Source: a virus. From it: DNA of 64,000 nucleotides. Positions 54,727 through 63,589 of this stretch are shown one piece after another (within the stretch, counting starts at the first letter, position 1; every line of letters begins with the position of its first letter). Under the pieces are notes generated by a model, which was given only the letters and a program-made list of their open reading frames with translations, was not told where the DNA came from and made no database searches. The DNA is taken from the IMG/VR virus record IMGVR_UViG_3300027518_000008. One strand, 5' to 3'. The position numbers were made by a program, and so were the translations under genes.

Positions 54727-56251
54727 CGGAGCTGGGCTAGACCTAGACTTCTCTACCAGCCCAGTCGTCTACAACTTCCTGCAAAGCAATGCTTTTGTAC
54801 GTGGATTGATGGGGCCGGTTGGCTCTGGCAAGAGCTATGCGTGCGCTGCTGAGATAATGTTGCGTGCCGTTAGGCAAAAGCCTTCCCCTATCGATGGCAT
54901 CCGATATAGCCGTTGGGTTATTGTACGAAACTCTTACCCAGAACTCAAAACGACCACAATCAAGACGTGGCAAGACTTATTCCCAGAGAACACCTTTGGG
55001 CCAATGCTCTATACTCCACCGATTACCCACCATATCCGCTTGCCTTCCCGGGGCGATGCGGCGGGTATTGACTGCGAAGTTATATTTCTAGCACTTGACC
55101 AACCCAAAGACGTGCGAAAGTTGTTGTCCTTAGAGCTTACCGGCGCTTGGGTCAACGAGGCCCGAGAGCTGCCAAAAGCAGTTATCGATGGCCTCACCCA
55201 CCGGGTCGGTCGATACCCAACAAAAAGGGATGGTGGCGCTAGCTGGCACGGTATCTGGATGGATACAAACCCAATGGACGATGACCATTGGTGGCATAGG
55301 CTATCCGAGAAAGAAAAGATGACCGGAGCGTACGCTTGGAAGTTTTATAAGCAACCCGGCGGTGTAGTCGAAGTAGACCCTAAAGACCTACCAGATAACC
55401 CAGAAGCCAATGACCATTTGTTTTCTGCCGGACGCTGGTGGAAGCTAAACACCAAAGCCGAAAACGTACGTAACCTACCGGCTGGCTACTACCAACAGAT
55501 GCTATTAGGTAAGAACCTAGACTGGATTCGGTGTTACGCCGAGGGCAAGTACACCTACGTTCAAGAGGGTAGACCAGTCTGGCCAGAGTACGATGACCTA
55601 CTAATGACATCTGACTTGGAGCACGACCCAACCATTCCAATCCAAGTAGGGCTAGACTTTGGTTTGACGCCTGCTGCCGTTATCGGACAACGTACGCAAA
55701 GTGGTACGTGGCACGTACTCCATGAGATTGTCACCTTTGATATGGGGCTTGAGCGATTTGGTCAGCAGCTATTGGCTGAGCTCAATGCCCGTTATCCAAA
55801 AGCCGAAGTGATGGTCTGGGGCGACCCGGCTGGTATGGCTAGGGACGCCATATATGAAGTAACCGCCTTTGACTATCTGAGAACCTTGGGGCTTCGTGCT
55901 CAGCCTACGCCAAGTAACGACTTCAAGGTTAGACGAGAAGCGTCTGCCGCCCCGATGCAGCGGCTTGTAGCTGGCAAGCCCGGGCTGCTAGTCAATAGGA
56001 ACTGTAAGCTACTTCGGAAGTCTTTGGCTGGTGGCTACCACTTTAAGCGGATAGCCGTTGGAGCAGGACAAGAAAGATTCAGAGATACGCCAAACAAGAA
56101 CGAACACTCTCACGTTGGCGACGCCTTTGGCTACCTACTGCTTGGTGGCGGGGAGCACAAAAGGATGACCAAATCAAACTCTGGCCAGTCACGTACATTT
56201 ACCGCACAAACCGTAGTCAATACAGAATTCGATGTCTTTGGACATTCTTAG
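54689..56251 (+). CDS. terL: Terminase large subunit
   Basis: GPVGSGKS, SLELTGAWVNEA, DTNP, GLDFG, HSHVGDA. Confidence 0.93.
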   Translation: MSNQKERSQKALNGAGLDLDFSTSPVVYNFLQSNAFVRGLMGPVGSGKSYACAAEIMLRAVRQKPSPIDGIRYSRWVIVRNSYPELKTTTIKTWQDLFPENTFGPMLYTPPITHHIRLPSRGDAAGIDCEVIFLALDQPKDVRKLLSLELTGAWVNEARELPKAVIDGLTHRVGRYPTKRDGGASWHGIWMDTNPMDDDHWWHRLSEKEKMTGAYAWKFYKQPGGVVEVDPKDLPDNPEANDHLFSAGRWWKLNTKAENVRNLPAGYYQQMLLGKNLDWIRCYAEGKYTYVQEGRPVWPEYDDLLMTSDLEHDPTIPIQVGLDFGLTPAAVIGQRTQSGTWHVLHEIVTFDMGLERFGQQLLAELNARYPKAEVMVWGDPAGMARDAIYEVTAFDYLRTLGLRAQPTPSNDFKVRREASAAPMQRLVAGKPGLLVNRNCKLLRKSLAGGYHFKRIAVGAGQERFRDTPNKNEHSHVGDAFGYLLLGGGEHKRMTKSNSGQSRTFTAQTVVNTEFDVFGHS

Positions 56252-56732
56252 CCTAAACTCGGAAATAAAGAACAGAAACGGGATTTTGCTGATGCCATAC
56301 TCCCCGCTTCATGCGATGGAGATTCAGGTATCCAACCCAGAGGTTCTAGGTTCAGGCCAATCCGCCGCCGAGCACATGAACTGCCAAGCAGCACTTGGGC
56401 CAGCCATAACAGCGGTGGTCAATAATTCACCACTAGCCGTGTTTGGGTTTATACACTATTGGAGTGGCATGGCTGAGTTTTGGTCTATGTTCGATGACAG
56501 GATGCGACGCTATCCAAAGTCAATGACTCACATAGCACGACAGTTTCTGTATATCGCTGAGAGATCAGAAGTATTGCACCGGTTACAAATCACAGTAAAA
56601 TCTGATGACATTAGGGCGTATCGGTGGGCTAAAGCGTTAGGTTTTGAGGAAGAAGGTCTAATGCGGAAGTTTTTGCCGGACGGTTCGGATTCATACATGA
56701 TGGCAAGGATTAGAGATGAGTGGACTATTTAA
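56232..56732 (+). CDS. GNAT-fold-like virion assembly protein
   Basis: A.FG...W.G.AE.W, A.RWAKALGF..EG.M. Confidence 0.6.
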   Translation: MSLDILSLNSEIKNRNGILLMPYSPLHAMEIQVSNPEVLGSGQSAAEHMNCQAALGPAITAVVNNSPLAVFGFIHYWSGMAEFWSMFDDRMRRYPKSMTHIARQFLYIAERSEVLHRLQITVKSDDIRAYRWAKALGFEEEGLMRKFLPDGSDSYMMARIRDEWTI

Positions 56733-56961
56733 AAAGCCAGATACCAGCGGAGCTGAACGCCAGCTTGAGGAAACCCGCAAGCAGACCGCAATGGAGCGTC
56801 AGCGAGCTGAGGAAGAAAAGCGAGACATGATGGAAACCGAAGCCGCACGTCGCAGGTCACGGATGCGTGGCGGTTCACGTATGTTGCTATCAGAGGCACG
56901 TGTTGCCCCTGAGACTGGTATTCAAACATTGGGCGCATCAAGCGCAGAAAGGACTGCTTAA
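56716..56961 (+). CDS. Small charged virion-module protein
   Basis: ARRRSRMRGGSRMLLSE. Confidence 0.6.
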   Translation: MSGLFKKPDTSGAERQLEETRKQTAMERQRAEEEKRDMMETEAARRRSRMRGGSRMLLSEARVAPETGIQTLGASSAERTA

Positions 56962-56963
56962 TT

Positions 56964-57185
56964 ATGGGCGCAATAACCAGACTTATTCAAAAACCCGAGG
57001 TAAAAGAAAAATTTGCCGAAGTAAAAGCACAAACAGAAATAAAACCAGTTGCCTCTGTTGTTAATGAAGAACGTGCTGCTCGTCGCCGTGCTCGCCGTGG
57101 CGGTAGAGCCTTGTTATCCGAGGCAAGATTGTCACCTGAGTCTGGAATGGCCGGTCAAACATTAGGCTCAGGCCCATCAGTCTAA
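56964..57185 (+). CDS. Small basic virion-module protein
   Basis: ARRRARRGGRALLSEAR, similar to preceding ORF. Confidence 0.6.
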   Translation: MGAITRLIQKPEVKEKFAEVKAQTEIKPVASVVNEERAARRRARRGGRALLSEARLSPESGMAGQTLGSGPSV

Positions 57186-57194
57186 GGAGCGACC

Positions 57195-57353
57195 ATGCCA
57201 GATAAAGACAAGATGCAAAAGAAAGTTGCAATGGTTATGCGTGAATACTCCAAAGGCAAGTTGAAGTCTGGCTCTGGCCAAAAGGTCAAAAGCGAGCAAC
57301 AGGCTAAAGCTATTGCCATGAGCGAAGGCCGAAAGGCAGCGGGGTACAAATGA
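57195..57353 (+). CDS. Small basic protein (52 aa)
   Basis: AAGGAG RBS; KV..VM.EY..GKLKSGSG.KV....QA.AIAMSE. Confidence 0.7.
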   Translation: MPDKDKMQKKVAMVMREYSKGKLKSGSGQKVKSEQQAKAIAMSEGRKAAGYK

Positions 57354-57502
57354 AACCGGGACTCTACGCTAACATCCACAAAAAGCGTGAGCGCATAGCT
57401 GAAGGCTCCGGCGAGAAGATGCGTAAACCCGGCTCTCCCGGAGCACCTACCGATGCAGCATTTAAGAAAGCGGCTAAAACCGCAATGAAGAATAAGAAGT
57501 AA
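57350..57502 (+). CDS. Small basic protein (50 aa)
   Basis: MKPGLYANIHKKRERI...GAPT..AFK. Confidence 0.7.
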   Translation: MKPGLYANIHKKRERIAEGSGEKMRKPGSPGAPTDAAFKKAAKTAMKNKK

Positions 57503-58083
57503 TGGCAACTCAGTACGTCAACAGGGAGTCGATGAACACGAAGTCACGTCATGTGACTCCGACGTACATGGACAAAGACGAAGGCCAAAGAGTAGTTGGT
57601 TCGTCCGACCCGTTGCCTACGGTAGACGTAAACCATCTCCGTCTACACGAGGGGCGTGCATATTACGTGTATAAGCTATACCCGTACTCGGCAGGTCTTG
57701 GGGCTGGGTCTAGCATCAACATTGCAATTGCTTGGCCAGCCGGGATATTTCCTCATGCCGTGTTCTCTTACGAAAGCCCGGGAGAAGCTGAGTTCTTTAT
57801 GTACGAGTCGCCCACAACTAGCGGCGGTACGGCCATGACGATTTACCGTCGTAACCGAAACCTAGTCACAACAAGCTCTGGTGCGGCTGTACTAGACCCA
57901 ACGGTTAGCAATACTGGAACCGAGATATATGCAGAGTTTGTCCCAGCTGGGAACAAAGGTGGCGGTCAGCTTGGCTTTACGTTTGAGTATGTGCTCAAGC
58001 CTTTGACGACTTACTTGTTCAGATTTACTAACGTCAACTCTCAGGCTCATCCAGCCAATATGCGAATTGAGTGGTACGAATAA
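57502..58083 (+). CDS. Hypothetical beta-rich protein, possibly virion
   Basis: 193-aa coupled ORF in head operon. Confidence 0.6.
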   Translation: MATQYVNRESMNTKSRHVTPTYMDKDEGQRVVGSSDPLPTVDVNHLRLHEGRAYYVYKLYPYSAGLGAGSSINIAIAWPAGIFPHAVFSYESPGEAEFFMYESPTTSGGTAMTIYRRNRNLVTTSSGAAVLDPTVSNTGTEIYAEFVPAGNKGGGQLGFTFEYVLKPLTTYLFRFTNVNSQAHPANMRIEWYE

Positions 58084-58355
58084 TGGTACAGAAAAAATAT
58101 CAAAATCCAGAAGGCGGTCTTAACGAGGCCGGAAGAAAACACTTTGAGCGCAAAGAAGGCGGCAACCTACAATCACCCGTAAAGTCTGGCACAAACCCAA
58201 GGCGGGTTAGCTTTGCCGCAAGATTTGGCGGTATGGCTGGGCCACTTACGGATAGCAAGGGTAGACCGACTAGGCTCAAGCTAGCCCTAAAAGCATGGGG
58301 CTTTGGAAGCAAAGAAGCTGCACGCAATTTTGCGATGCGTCACAAAAAGGATTGA
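58083..58355 (+). CDS. Basic protein
   Basis: GGLN..GR...SF.ARF.GM...KGRPTRL.LAL..WG. Confidence 0.7.
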   Translation: MVQKKYQNPEGGLNEAGRKHFERKEGGNLQSPVKSGTNPRRVSFAARFGGMAGPLTDSKGRPTRLKLALKAWGFGSKEAARNFAMRHKKD

Positions 58356-58357
58356 AC

Positions 58358-59908
58358 ATGGCACGACTAAAGGCTGAGGAAGTATTAAAACGACACGACG
58401 TTGCGCTTCGTAAGAAGGATGACTTTAGAAGTCTTTATGAAGATGCCTATGAGTTTGCCCTGCCACAGCGTAACCTGTACGACGGATACTGGGAAGGCAA
58501 GGTAGGCGGCGCTAAAAAGATGGGCCGTGTGTTTGATTCCACGGCTATCAGCTCGACCCAGCGTTTTGCCAACCGCCTTCAGTCTGGCATTTTCCCGCCG
58601 CAGCGTAAGTGGTGCAAGCTAGAGCCGGGGCCGGACATTCCTGACGAGCGCCGTGCAGAAGCCCAGTCTGCGCTGGATGTCTACAACGAGAAGATGTTTG
58701 CCGTACTCAAGCAATCCAACTTCGACATTGCTATTGGCGAGTTCCTGCTAGATCTATCTGTTGGCACAGCCGTTATGATGGTTCAGCCGGGAGATGACGT
58801 AGCCCCGGTAAACTTTGTTCCCGTTCCGCAATACCTTGTAGCTTTTGAGGAAGGCGCCAATGGTCAGGTAGACAATGTGTACCGGCGCATGAGAATTAAG
58901 GCCGAGTCCATTGTGAACCAATGGAAAGATGCGGTCATACCAGAGAACAGCCAGCTTGCACGCTTGGTTCAGGATAAGCCTACTGAAGAAGTTGAGTTTA
59001 TTGAGGCAACGATTATCGACGTTAAGCGTGGCGACTTTGGGTATTATGTTATCCACAAGGAGTCCAAGCAGGAGATTGTCTATCGTAAGATTAAGACTAG
59101 CCCTTGGATTGTGGCCAGATACATGAAGGTGGCCGGTGAGATATATGGACGTGGCCCGTTACTAACTGCCCTGCCAGACATCAAGACGCTCAACAAAACC
59201 AAAGAGCTGCTTCTTAAAAACGCATCTCTAGCCATTGCCGGTGTCTATACCGCAGCCGATGACGGCGTTCTCAACCCCAATACCATTCGTATTGTTCCGG
59301 GTGCGATTATCCCGGTTGCACGTAACGGTGGGCCGCAGGGTGAGTCATTAAAAGCTCTGCCACGGTCGGGAGACTTCAACGTAAGCCAGCTCGTTATCAA
59401 CGACTTGGTACAGAACATCAAGCGAATCCTGCTAGACGAGTCTTTGCCGCCAGATAACATGAGCGCACGGTCGGCCACCGAGATTGTGGAGCGCATGAAG
59501 GAATTGGCCCAGAACCTAGGCTCCGCCTTTGGACGCCTGATTAACGAGACAATGGTTCCCGTAGTATCCAAAATCTTACAGGTTATGGATGAGCGTGGAA
59601 TCATTGACCTGCCGTTACGGGTCAACGGGCTTGAAGTCCGTGTCGCAGCAGTATCGCCGTTGGCTATGGCTCAGAATATGGAAGAAGTAGACTCTGCTCT
59701 CAAGTTCTTCCAGATTGCAAGCCAAGCTGGGCCAGAAGGCCAAGTCGCAGTCAAGGTGGGGGAGATGCTCGACCTTGTTGCCGACAAGCTGGGAGTGCCA
59801 GCCGTTATGCGTGCATCACCAGCAGAGCGTGCCGACAAGATGGAGCAAGCAATGGCTATGGCTCAGCAAGTAGCCCAAGCCCAAGCGCAAGCCGAAATAC
59901 CAGAATAA
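58358..59908 (+). CDS. Head-to-tail connector (T7-type portal)
   Basis: FDSTA, YGRGP...LPDIKTLN, SATEI.ER..E...LG..FGRL..E. Confidence 0.92.
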   Translation: MARLKAEEVLKRHDVALRKKDDFRSLYEDAYEFALPQRNLYDGYWEGKVGGAKKMGRVFDSTAISSTQRFANRLQSGIFPPQRKWCKLEPGPDIPDERRAEAQSALDVYNEKMFAVLKQSNFDIAIGEFLLDLSVGTAVMMVQPGDDVAPVNFVPVPQYLVAFEEGANGQVDNVYRRMRIKAESIVNQWKDAVIPENSQLARLVQDKPTEEVEFIEATIIDVKRGDFGYYVIHKESKQEIVYRKIKTSPWIVARYMKVAGEIYGRGPLLTALPDIKTLNKTKELLLKNASLAIAGVYTAADDGVLNPNTIRIVPGAIIPVARNGGPQGESLKALPRSGDFNVSQLVINDLVQNIKRILLDESLPPDNMSARSATEIVERMKELAQNLGSAFGRLINETMVPVVSKILQVMDERGIIDLPLRVNGLEVRVAAVSPLAMAQNMEEVDSALKFFQIASQAGPEGQVAVKVGEMLDLVADKLGVPAVMRASPAERADKMEQAMAMAQQVAQAQAQAEIPE

Positions 59909-59919
59909 AGGGGTAATCA

Positions 59920-60177
59920 TTGAGTTGGGAAGAACTTGAGGCAATACCGACCGACATAAGAGATGTCGCTCAGAAATCTGAAGACTTGGACAAGCTGTGC
60001 CTACGAGTCTTTGGCTCCGAAGATGGCCAAGAACTGATGGCGTGGCTTAGGCTCACGCTACTAGAGCAACCCGTCGCCGTGCCGGGAAGCGACCCGTCCT
60101 ATGGGTTCTACCGAGAGGGACAGAACAGCGTAGTAAGGGACATTGAAGCACGGATTAAAAGAGCGAGGAAACTTTGA
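59920..60177 (+). CDS. Small head-module protein
   Basis: F.S.DG..LM..L...EGQ.SVV..I..RI. Confidence 0.7.
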   Translation: MSWEELEAIPTDIRDVAQKSEDLDKLCLRVFGSEDGQELMAWLRLTLLEQPVAVPGSDPSYGFYREGQNSVVRDIEARIKRARKL

Positions 60178-60965
60178 TGGAAACCCAAGAAACCCAACCC
60201 AGCGGCGGGGGAACCCAAGAAGCTGGCCTATTGGATTCGGCGGTAGTAACCGATAACCAAGAAAGCCAGAGCCAAGATACAACTAAGACTACCATTCAGC
60301 ACCTAGAGCCCAAGGAAGACGACGGGCCGCTAGAGCGTCCGGACTGGTGGCCAGAGAACTTCTGGAAAAAAGACGACTCGGCGCCAGACCTAGAGGGGAT
60401 TGCTAAGTCATGGATGGACTTACGCAAGCAAATTAGCCAAGGCAAGCACAAGGCTCCTGAAGACGGCAAGTACGATATGACCGCTTTCGCCCAGACTCCA
60501 GACGATGACCCTGTTCGTGGTCACGTGTCTAACTGGGCTAAAGAGTTTGGGGTTAGCCAAGCTGCCCTAGATGCTTTAGTTGGCCCCATTGTTGCAATGC
60601 AAGGTGAGCAGCAAGAGCAAGTCACCATGAGCATTGAGCAAGAGCGCAAGGCTTTAGGCCCGAACGCCGATGCAATCATCAAGGGCATGGGCGAGTGGGG
60701 AGCAAGCCTAGTCCGCAAGGGGGTTCTAAGCAAGGACGACTTTGAGGAATTTAAGTACATGGGCGGTACGGCCAATGGCATCCGTGTGCTGTCCAAGTTG
60801 CGGGAAGCATTTGAAGGTACTAGAATACCTACACAATCAATCCCATCCGAGGGTGCTCCAAGCAAGGATGAGCTCTATCAGATGGTGGCTGACCCGAAAT
60901 ACAAGACAGACGTTGCTTATCGCCAAAAGGTAGAACGGATGTTTTCGCAGGCTTTCTCTGAGTAA
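60174..60965 (+). CDS. Capsid scaffolding protein
   Basis: RPDWWPE.FW, KAPEDGKY, DPKY..D.AY. Confidence 0.78.
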   Translation: MMETQETQPSGGGTQEAGLLDSAVVTDNQESQSQDTTKTTIQHLEPKEDDGPLERPDWWPENFWKKDDSAPDLEGIAKSWMDLRKQISQGKHKAPEDGKYDMTAFAQTPDDDPVRGHVSNWAKEFGVSQAALDALVGPIVAMQGEQQEQVTMSIEQERKALGPNADAIIKGMGEWGASLVRKGVLSKDDFEEFKYMGGTANGIRVLSKLREAFEGTRIPTQSIPSEGAPSKDELYQMVADPKYKTDVAYRQKVERMFSQAFSE

Positions 60966-60995
60966 CCCCCTCTCCAACCTTCAAGCGGAGACTTG

Positions 60996-61027
60996 CCCCC
61001 GGCTCAAAAGGCTGGGGGTTTTTTTTT
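60996..61027 (+). terminator. Rho-independent terminator
   Basis: CCCCCGGC-TCAAAAG-GCTGGGGG followed by T9. Confidence 0.75.
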
Positions 61028-61204
61028 GCATAAACCTATTGCATTGCCAAAATTAGTGTTGTAAAAATGCACCATAGGCCAATCCTTTGCGACCCTATCC
61101 GCTGTGGATACAGACGACCGGCTCCCGTAAGGGGCAAGCATACGGCCCAAATCACCGGCTAACCGAAGCGACGAAAACTTTTTTTAACTTTCAAGGAGAT
61201 ACAA

Positions 61205-62047
61205 ATGTCCGTTTCATTATCGAACGCCTTTGTAACGCTCTTTGATGCTGAAGTTAAACAGGCTTATCAGGGCGTAGCCCAATTGGTAGGTGCGGTTCGT
61301 CAGCGTCGGGGTGTTGAAGGCTCTACTGTTAAGTTTCCCAAAGTCGGTAAGGGTGTGGCTACATCACGTATTCCCCAGTCCGATGTTACCCCTTTGAACG
61401 TATCGTTCTCAAACGTAACCTGCACGCTCCAAGACTGGAACGCCGCAGAGTACAGCGACATTTTCTCGCAGCAAAAAGTCAACTTCGACGAGCGTAATGA
61501 GCTTGTTCAGGTTGTTGCCAACGCTATTGGCCGTCGTCAAGACCAGCTTATTCTGGACGCACTTTCAGGTTCGAGCACAAGCCTTGTCGTGACCGAAGAC
61601 GAAGGTGGTACAGATACCGGCCTGAACGTAGCCAAGCTGCGTGCTGCTAAGAAACTGTTGGACAAAAACAACGTTCCAATGGACAACCGCCACATCATCA
61701 TCCACGCAAACAGCTTGGCAAGCATTTTGTCTGAGACTGCCGTAACTTCGGCTGATTTCAACACCGTGCGTGCTTTGGTTTCTGGTGAGCTCAACACGTT
61801 CTTAGGCTTTACCTTCCACACCATTGGTGATCGTTCGGAAGGCGGTCTGCCCGTTGCTTCGTCCGAGCGCAAACTGTGGGCTTTCCACCGTGACGCTATC
61901 GGCTACGGCGAAGGCATTGCACCACGCACCGAAATCAATTACATTCCTGAGAAGACTAGCTGGCTGGTAAACGCAGTATTCTCGGCAGGTGCAATTGCTA
62001 TTGATGCCGAAGGTATTGTCGAAGTCCAAACAACTGATTCAGTCTAA
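61205..62047 (+). CDS. Major capsid protein
   Basis: F..LF..EVKQAYQ, A.GR..DQ.I, FLGF.F, RTEINY.PEKTSWLV. Confidence 0.88.
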   Translation: MSVSLSNAFVTLFDAEVKQAYQGVAQLVGAVRQRRGVEGSTVKFPKVGKGVATSRIPQSDVTPLNVSFSNVTCTLQDWNAAEYSDIFSQQKVNFDERNELVQVVANAIGRRQDQLILDALSGSSTSLVVTEDEGGTDTGLNVAKLRAAKKLLDKNNVPMDNRHIIIHANSLASILSETAVTSADFNTVRALVSGELNTFLGFTFHTIGDRSEGGLPVASSERKLWAFHRDAIGYGEGIAPRTEINYIPEKTSWLVNAVFSAGAIAIDAEGIVEVQTTDSV

Positions 62048-62058
62048 GGAGAACGACA

Positions 62059-62337
62059 ATGGCATATAACAAAGACGGTTTGAACTTAGTAAGCGGTTCC
62101 AAGGCTGGCAACTCGCCGCAGGTTTGGACGTATCAATCTGCTGATGCAATTGGCGATATTGACGGCGCAGGGTATTTTGACTCTGCCGCATCAATCCTGA
62201 AAGTTGGCGACCTTATGTATGTCTACTCTGGCGTGGGCGGCTCTACCGCTTTCGGCTTTGTAGTGGTCAATGCTAACAGCGGAACGGTTGTTGACGTTAC
62301 CAACGTAACTGCTATCGGCACTATCGACAGCGACTAA
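62059..62337 (+). CDS. Small capsid-associated (decoration-like) protein
   Basis: AAGGAG RBS; YQSADA...GYF..A...L.VGD. Confidence 0.55.
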   Translation: MAYNKDGLNLVSGSKAGNSPQVWTYQSADAIGDIDGAGYFDSAASILKVGDLMYVYSGVGGSTAFGFVVVNANSGTVVDVTNVTAIGTIDSD

Positions 62338-62943
62338 TTGCCTGTCGAGTACGCAGTAAAGCATAGGGGTTGTGCCATTATATGTGGCGCAGCCCCTTCT
62401 CTTTTTGAAGACCTAGAAGCCGCACGCAAGCTGCGGCCAGAGGCTACCATCCTAGGCGTTAAGTATGCGGCTGCAATCGTGCCAGAGATTGAGCATATAT
62501 GGACTCAGCACGGTGAGATGACCCTGAAAATTAGGGCGTCTGTGGATAGGCCAATCAAGATACACGCCAGACCCAAAATCTTACAAACAGCCAAGGGAAC
62601 GGTATGGCACATTCCTTACGCTAGAGAAGCGTTTGACGCCATCGATTACGTGTGGCCCGGGCTATCCTTTGCCGTGGGCTCTAGTGGCGTGGCTGGGGCT
62701 ATGTGGGCTAGGCACGGCATGGGGTTTGAGGAAGTCATAATGGCTGGCATAACCCTGTCTGGCGACGACCAGAAATACGCCCAAGGGTATCCAAACGGAT
62801 ACAGCCAGCACGCAGGCTACGCTAGGGCAGACCAGATAGATAACTGGTTTCGGGTGCTCAAGCGACATCAAGAGGAAGGGCTAACTATGGGAATCTACTC
62901 AATGTCCGGAAGAACCAAGGATTTGCTAGGAGCCCCAGAATGA
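62338..62943 (+). CDS. DUF115/MptE-like or glycosyltransferase-associated protein
   Basis: IICG.APSL, SSG..G...A..MGF.EVI.AG..L; family assignment tentative. Confidence 0.5.
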   Translation: MPVEYAVKHRGCAIICGAAPSLFEDLEAARKLRPEATILGVKYAAAIVPEIEHIWTQHGEMTLKIRASVDRPIKIHARPKILQTAKGTVWHIPYAREAFDAIDYVWPGLSFAVGSSGVAGAMWARHGMGFEEVIMAGITLSGDDQKYAQGYPNGYSQHAGYARADQIDNWFRVLKRHQEEGLTMGIYSMSGRTKDLLGAPE

Positions 62944-63581
62944 TTACGGTTGCTTGCGTTCTAAAGTCTGGCGGCAGATACAAGCCGGATGACGTGGCAA
63001 AGCTGAGTCGGAATGTAGCTCAAAAAATAAGCCTGCCCCATAACTTTGTATGCCTTTCTGACATTCCAGTACCGTGCGAGCGTATTGCTTTGCAACATGA
63101 CTGGTCTGGGTGGTGGTCAAAGATTGAGCTATTTAGACCGGGAGTGCTACCGCCCAATACCATCTACCTTGACCTTGATACCGTTGTACTGGATGATTTT
63201 TTGGACATTGCCGAGTGCGGGTACGATTTTGCGATGATGCAAAACCTCAATCGTCCACACATGGTTTCGTCAGCCCTTATGTGGTTCTATCACAAAGCTC
63301 CCGTTGAAGTCTATAAAAGATTTGTGGTAAACCCAGATTATTGGGTAAAATATCACCAAGATAACAAGGACGGCCCATATTTGGGCGATCAGGCGTTTAT
63401 CTGGGATGCGTTAGATAGAAACGTGCCGGTATTAGAAACCAAGAAATACGGAGTCTATTCATACCGCCTACACGTAAAAGACCGAGGCAAACCGCCTGAC
63501 GGGTGTAGGATTGTTGCTTTTGGTGGGCAATATAAACCAAACAACGTTGACGCCGAGTGGCTACGTGCCATTCGAGGATAG
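62940..63581 (+). CDS. Glycosyltransferase, GT-A-like
   Basis: CVLKSGG.Y, GWWSKIELF, YLDLDTV, SS.LMW, GDQ.FI. Confidence 0.72.
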   Translation: MITVACVLKSGGRYKPDDVAKLSRNVAQKISLPHNFVCLSDIPVPCERIALQHDWSGWWSKIELFRPGVLPPNTIYLDLDTVVLDDFLDIAECGYDFAMMQNLNRPHMVSSALMWFYHKAPVEVYKRFVVNPDYWVKYHQDNKDGPYLGDQAFIWDALDRNVPVLETKKYGVYSYRLHVKDRGKPPDGCRIVAFGGQYKPNNVDAEWLRAIRG

Positions 63582-63589
63582 GATAGATT

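Noticed and set aside
62020-62070. T7 10A/10B-type capsid frameshift
   Set aside because: No obvious slippery sequence at the capsid end, and the next ORF has its own AAGGAG RBS.
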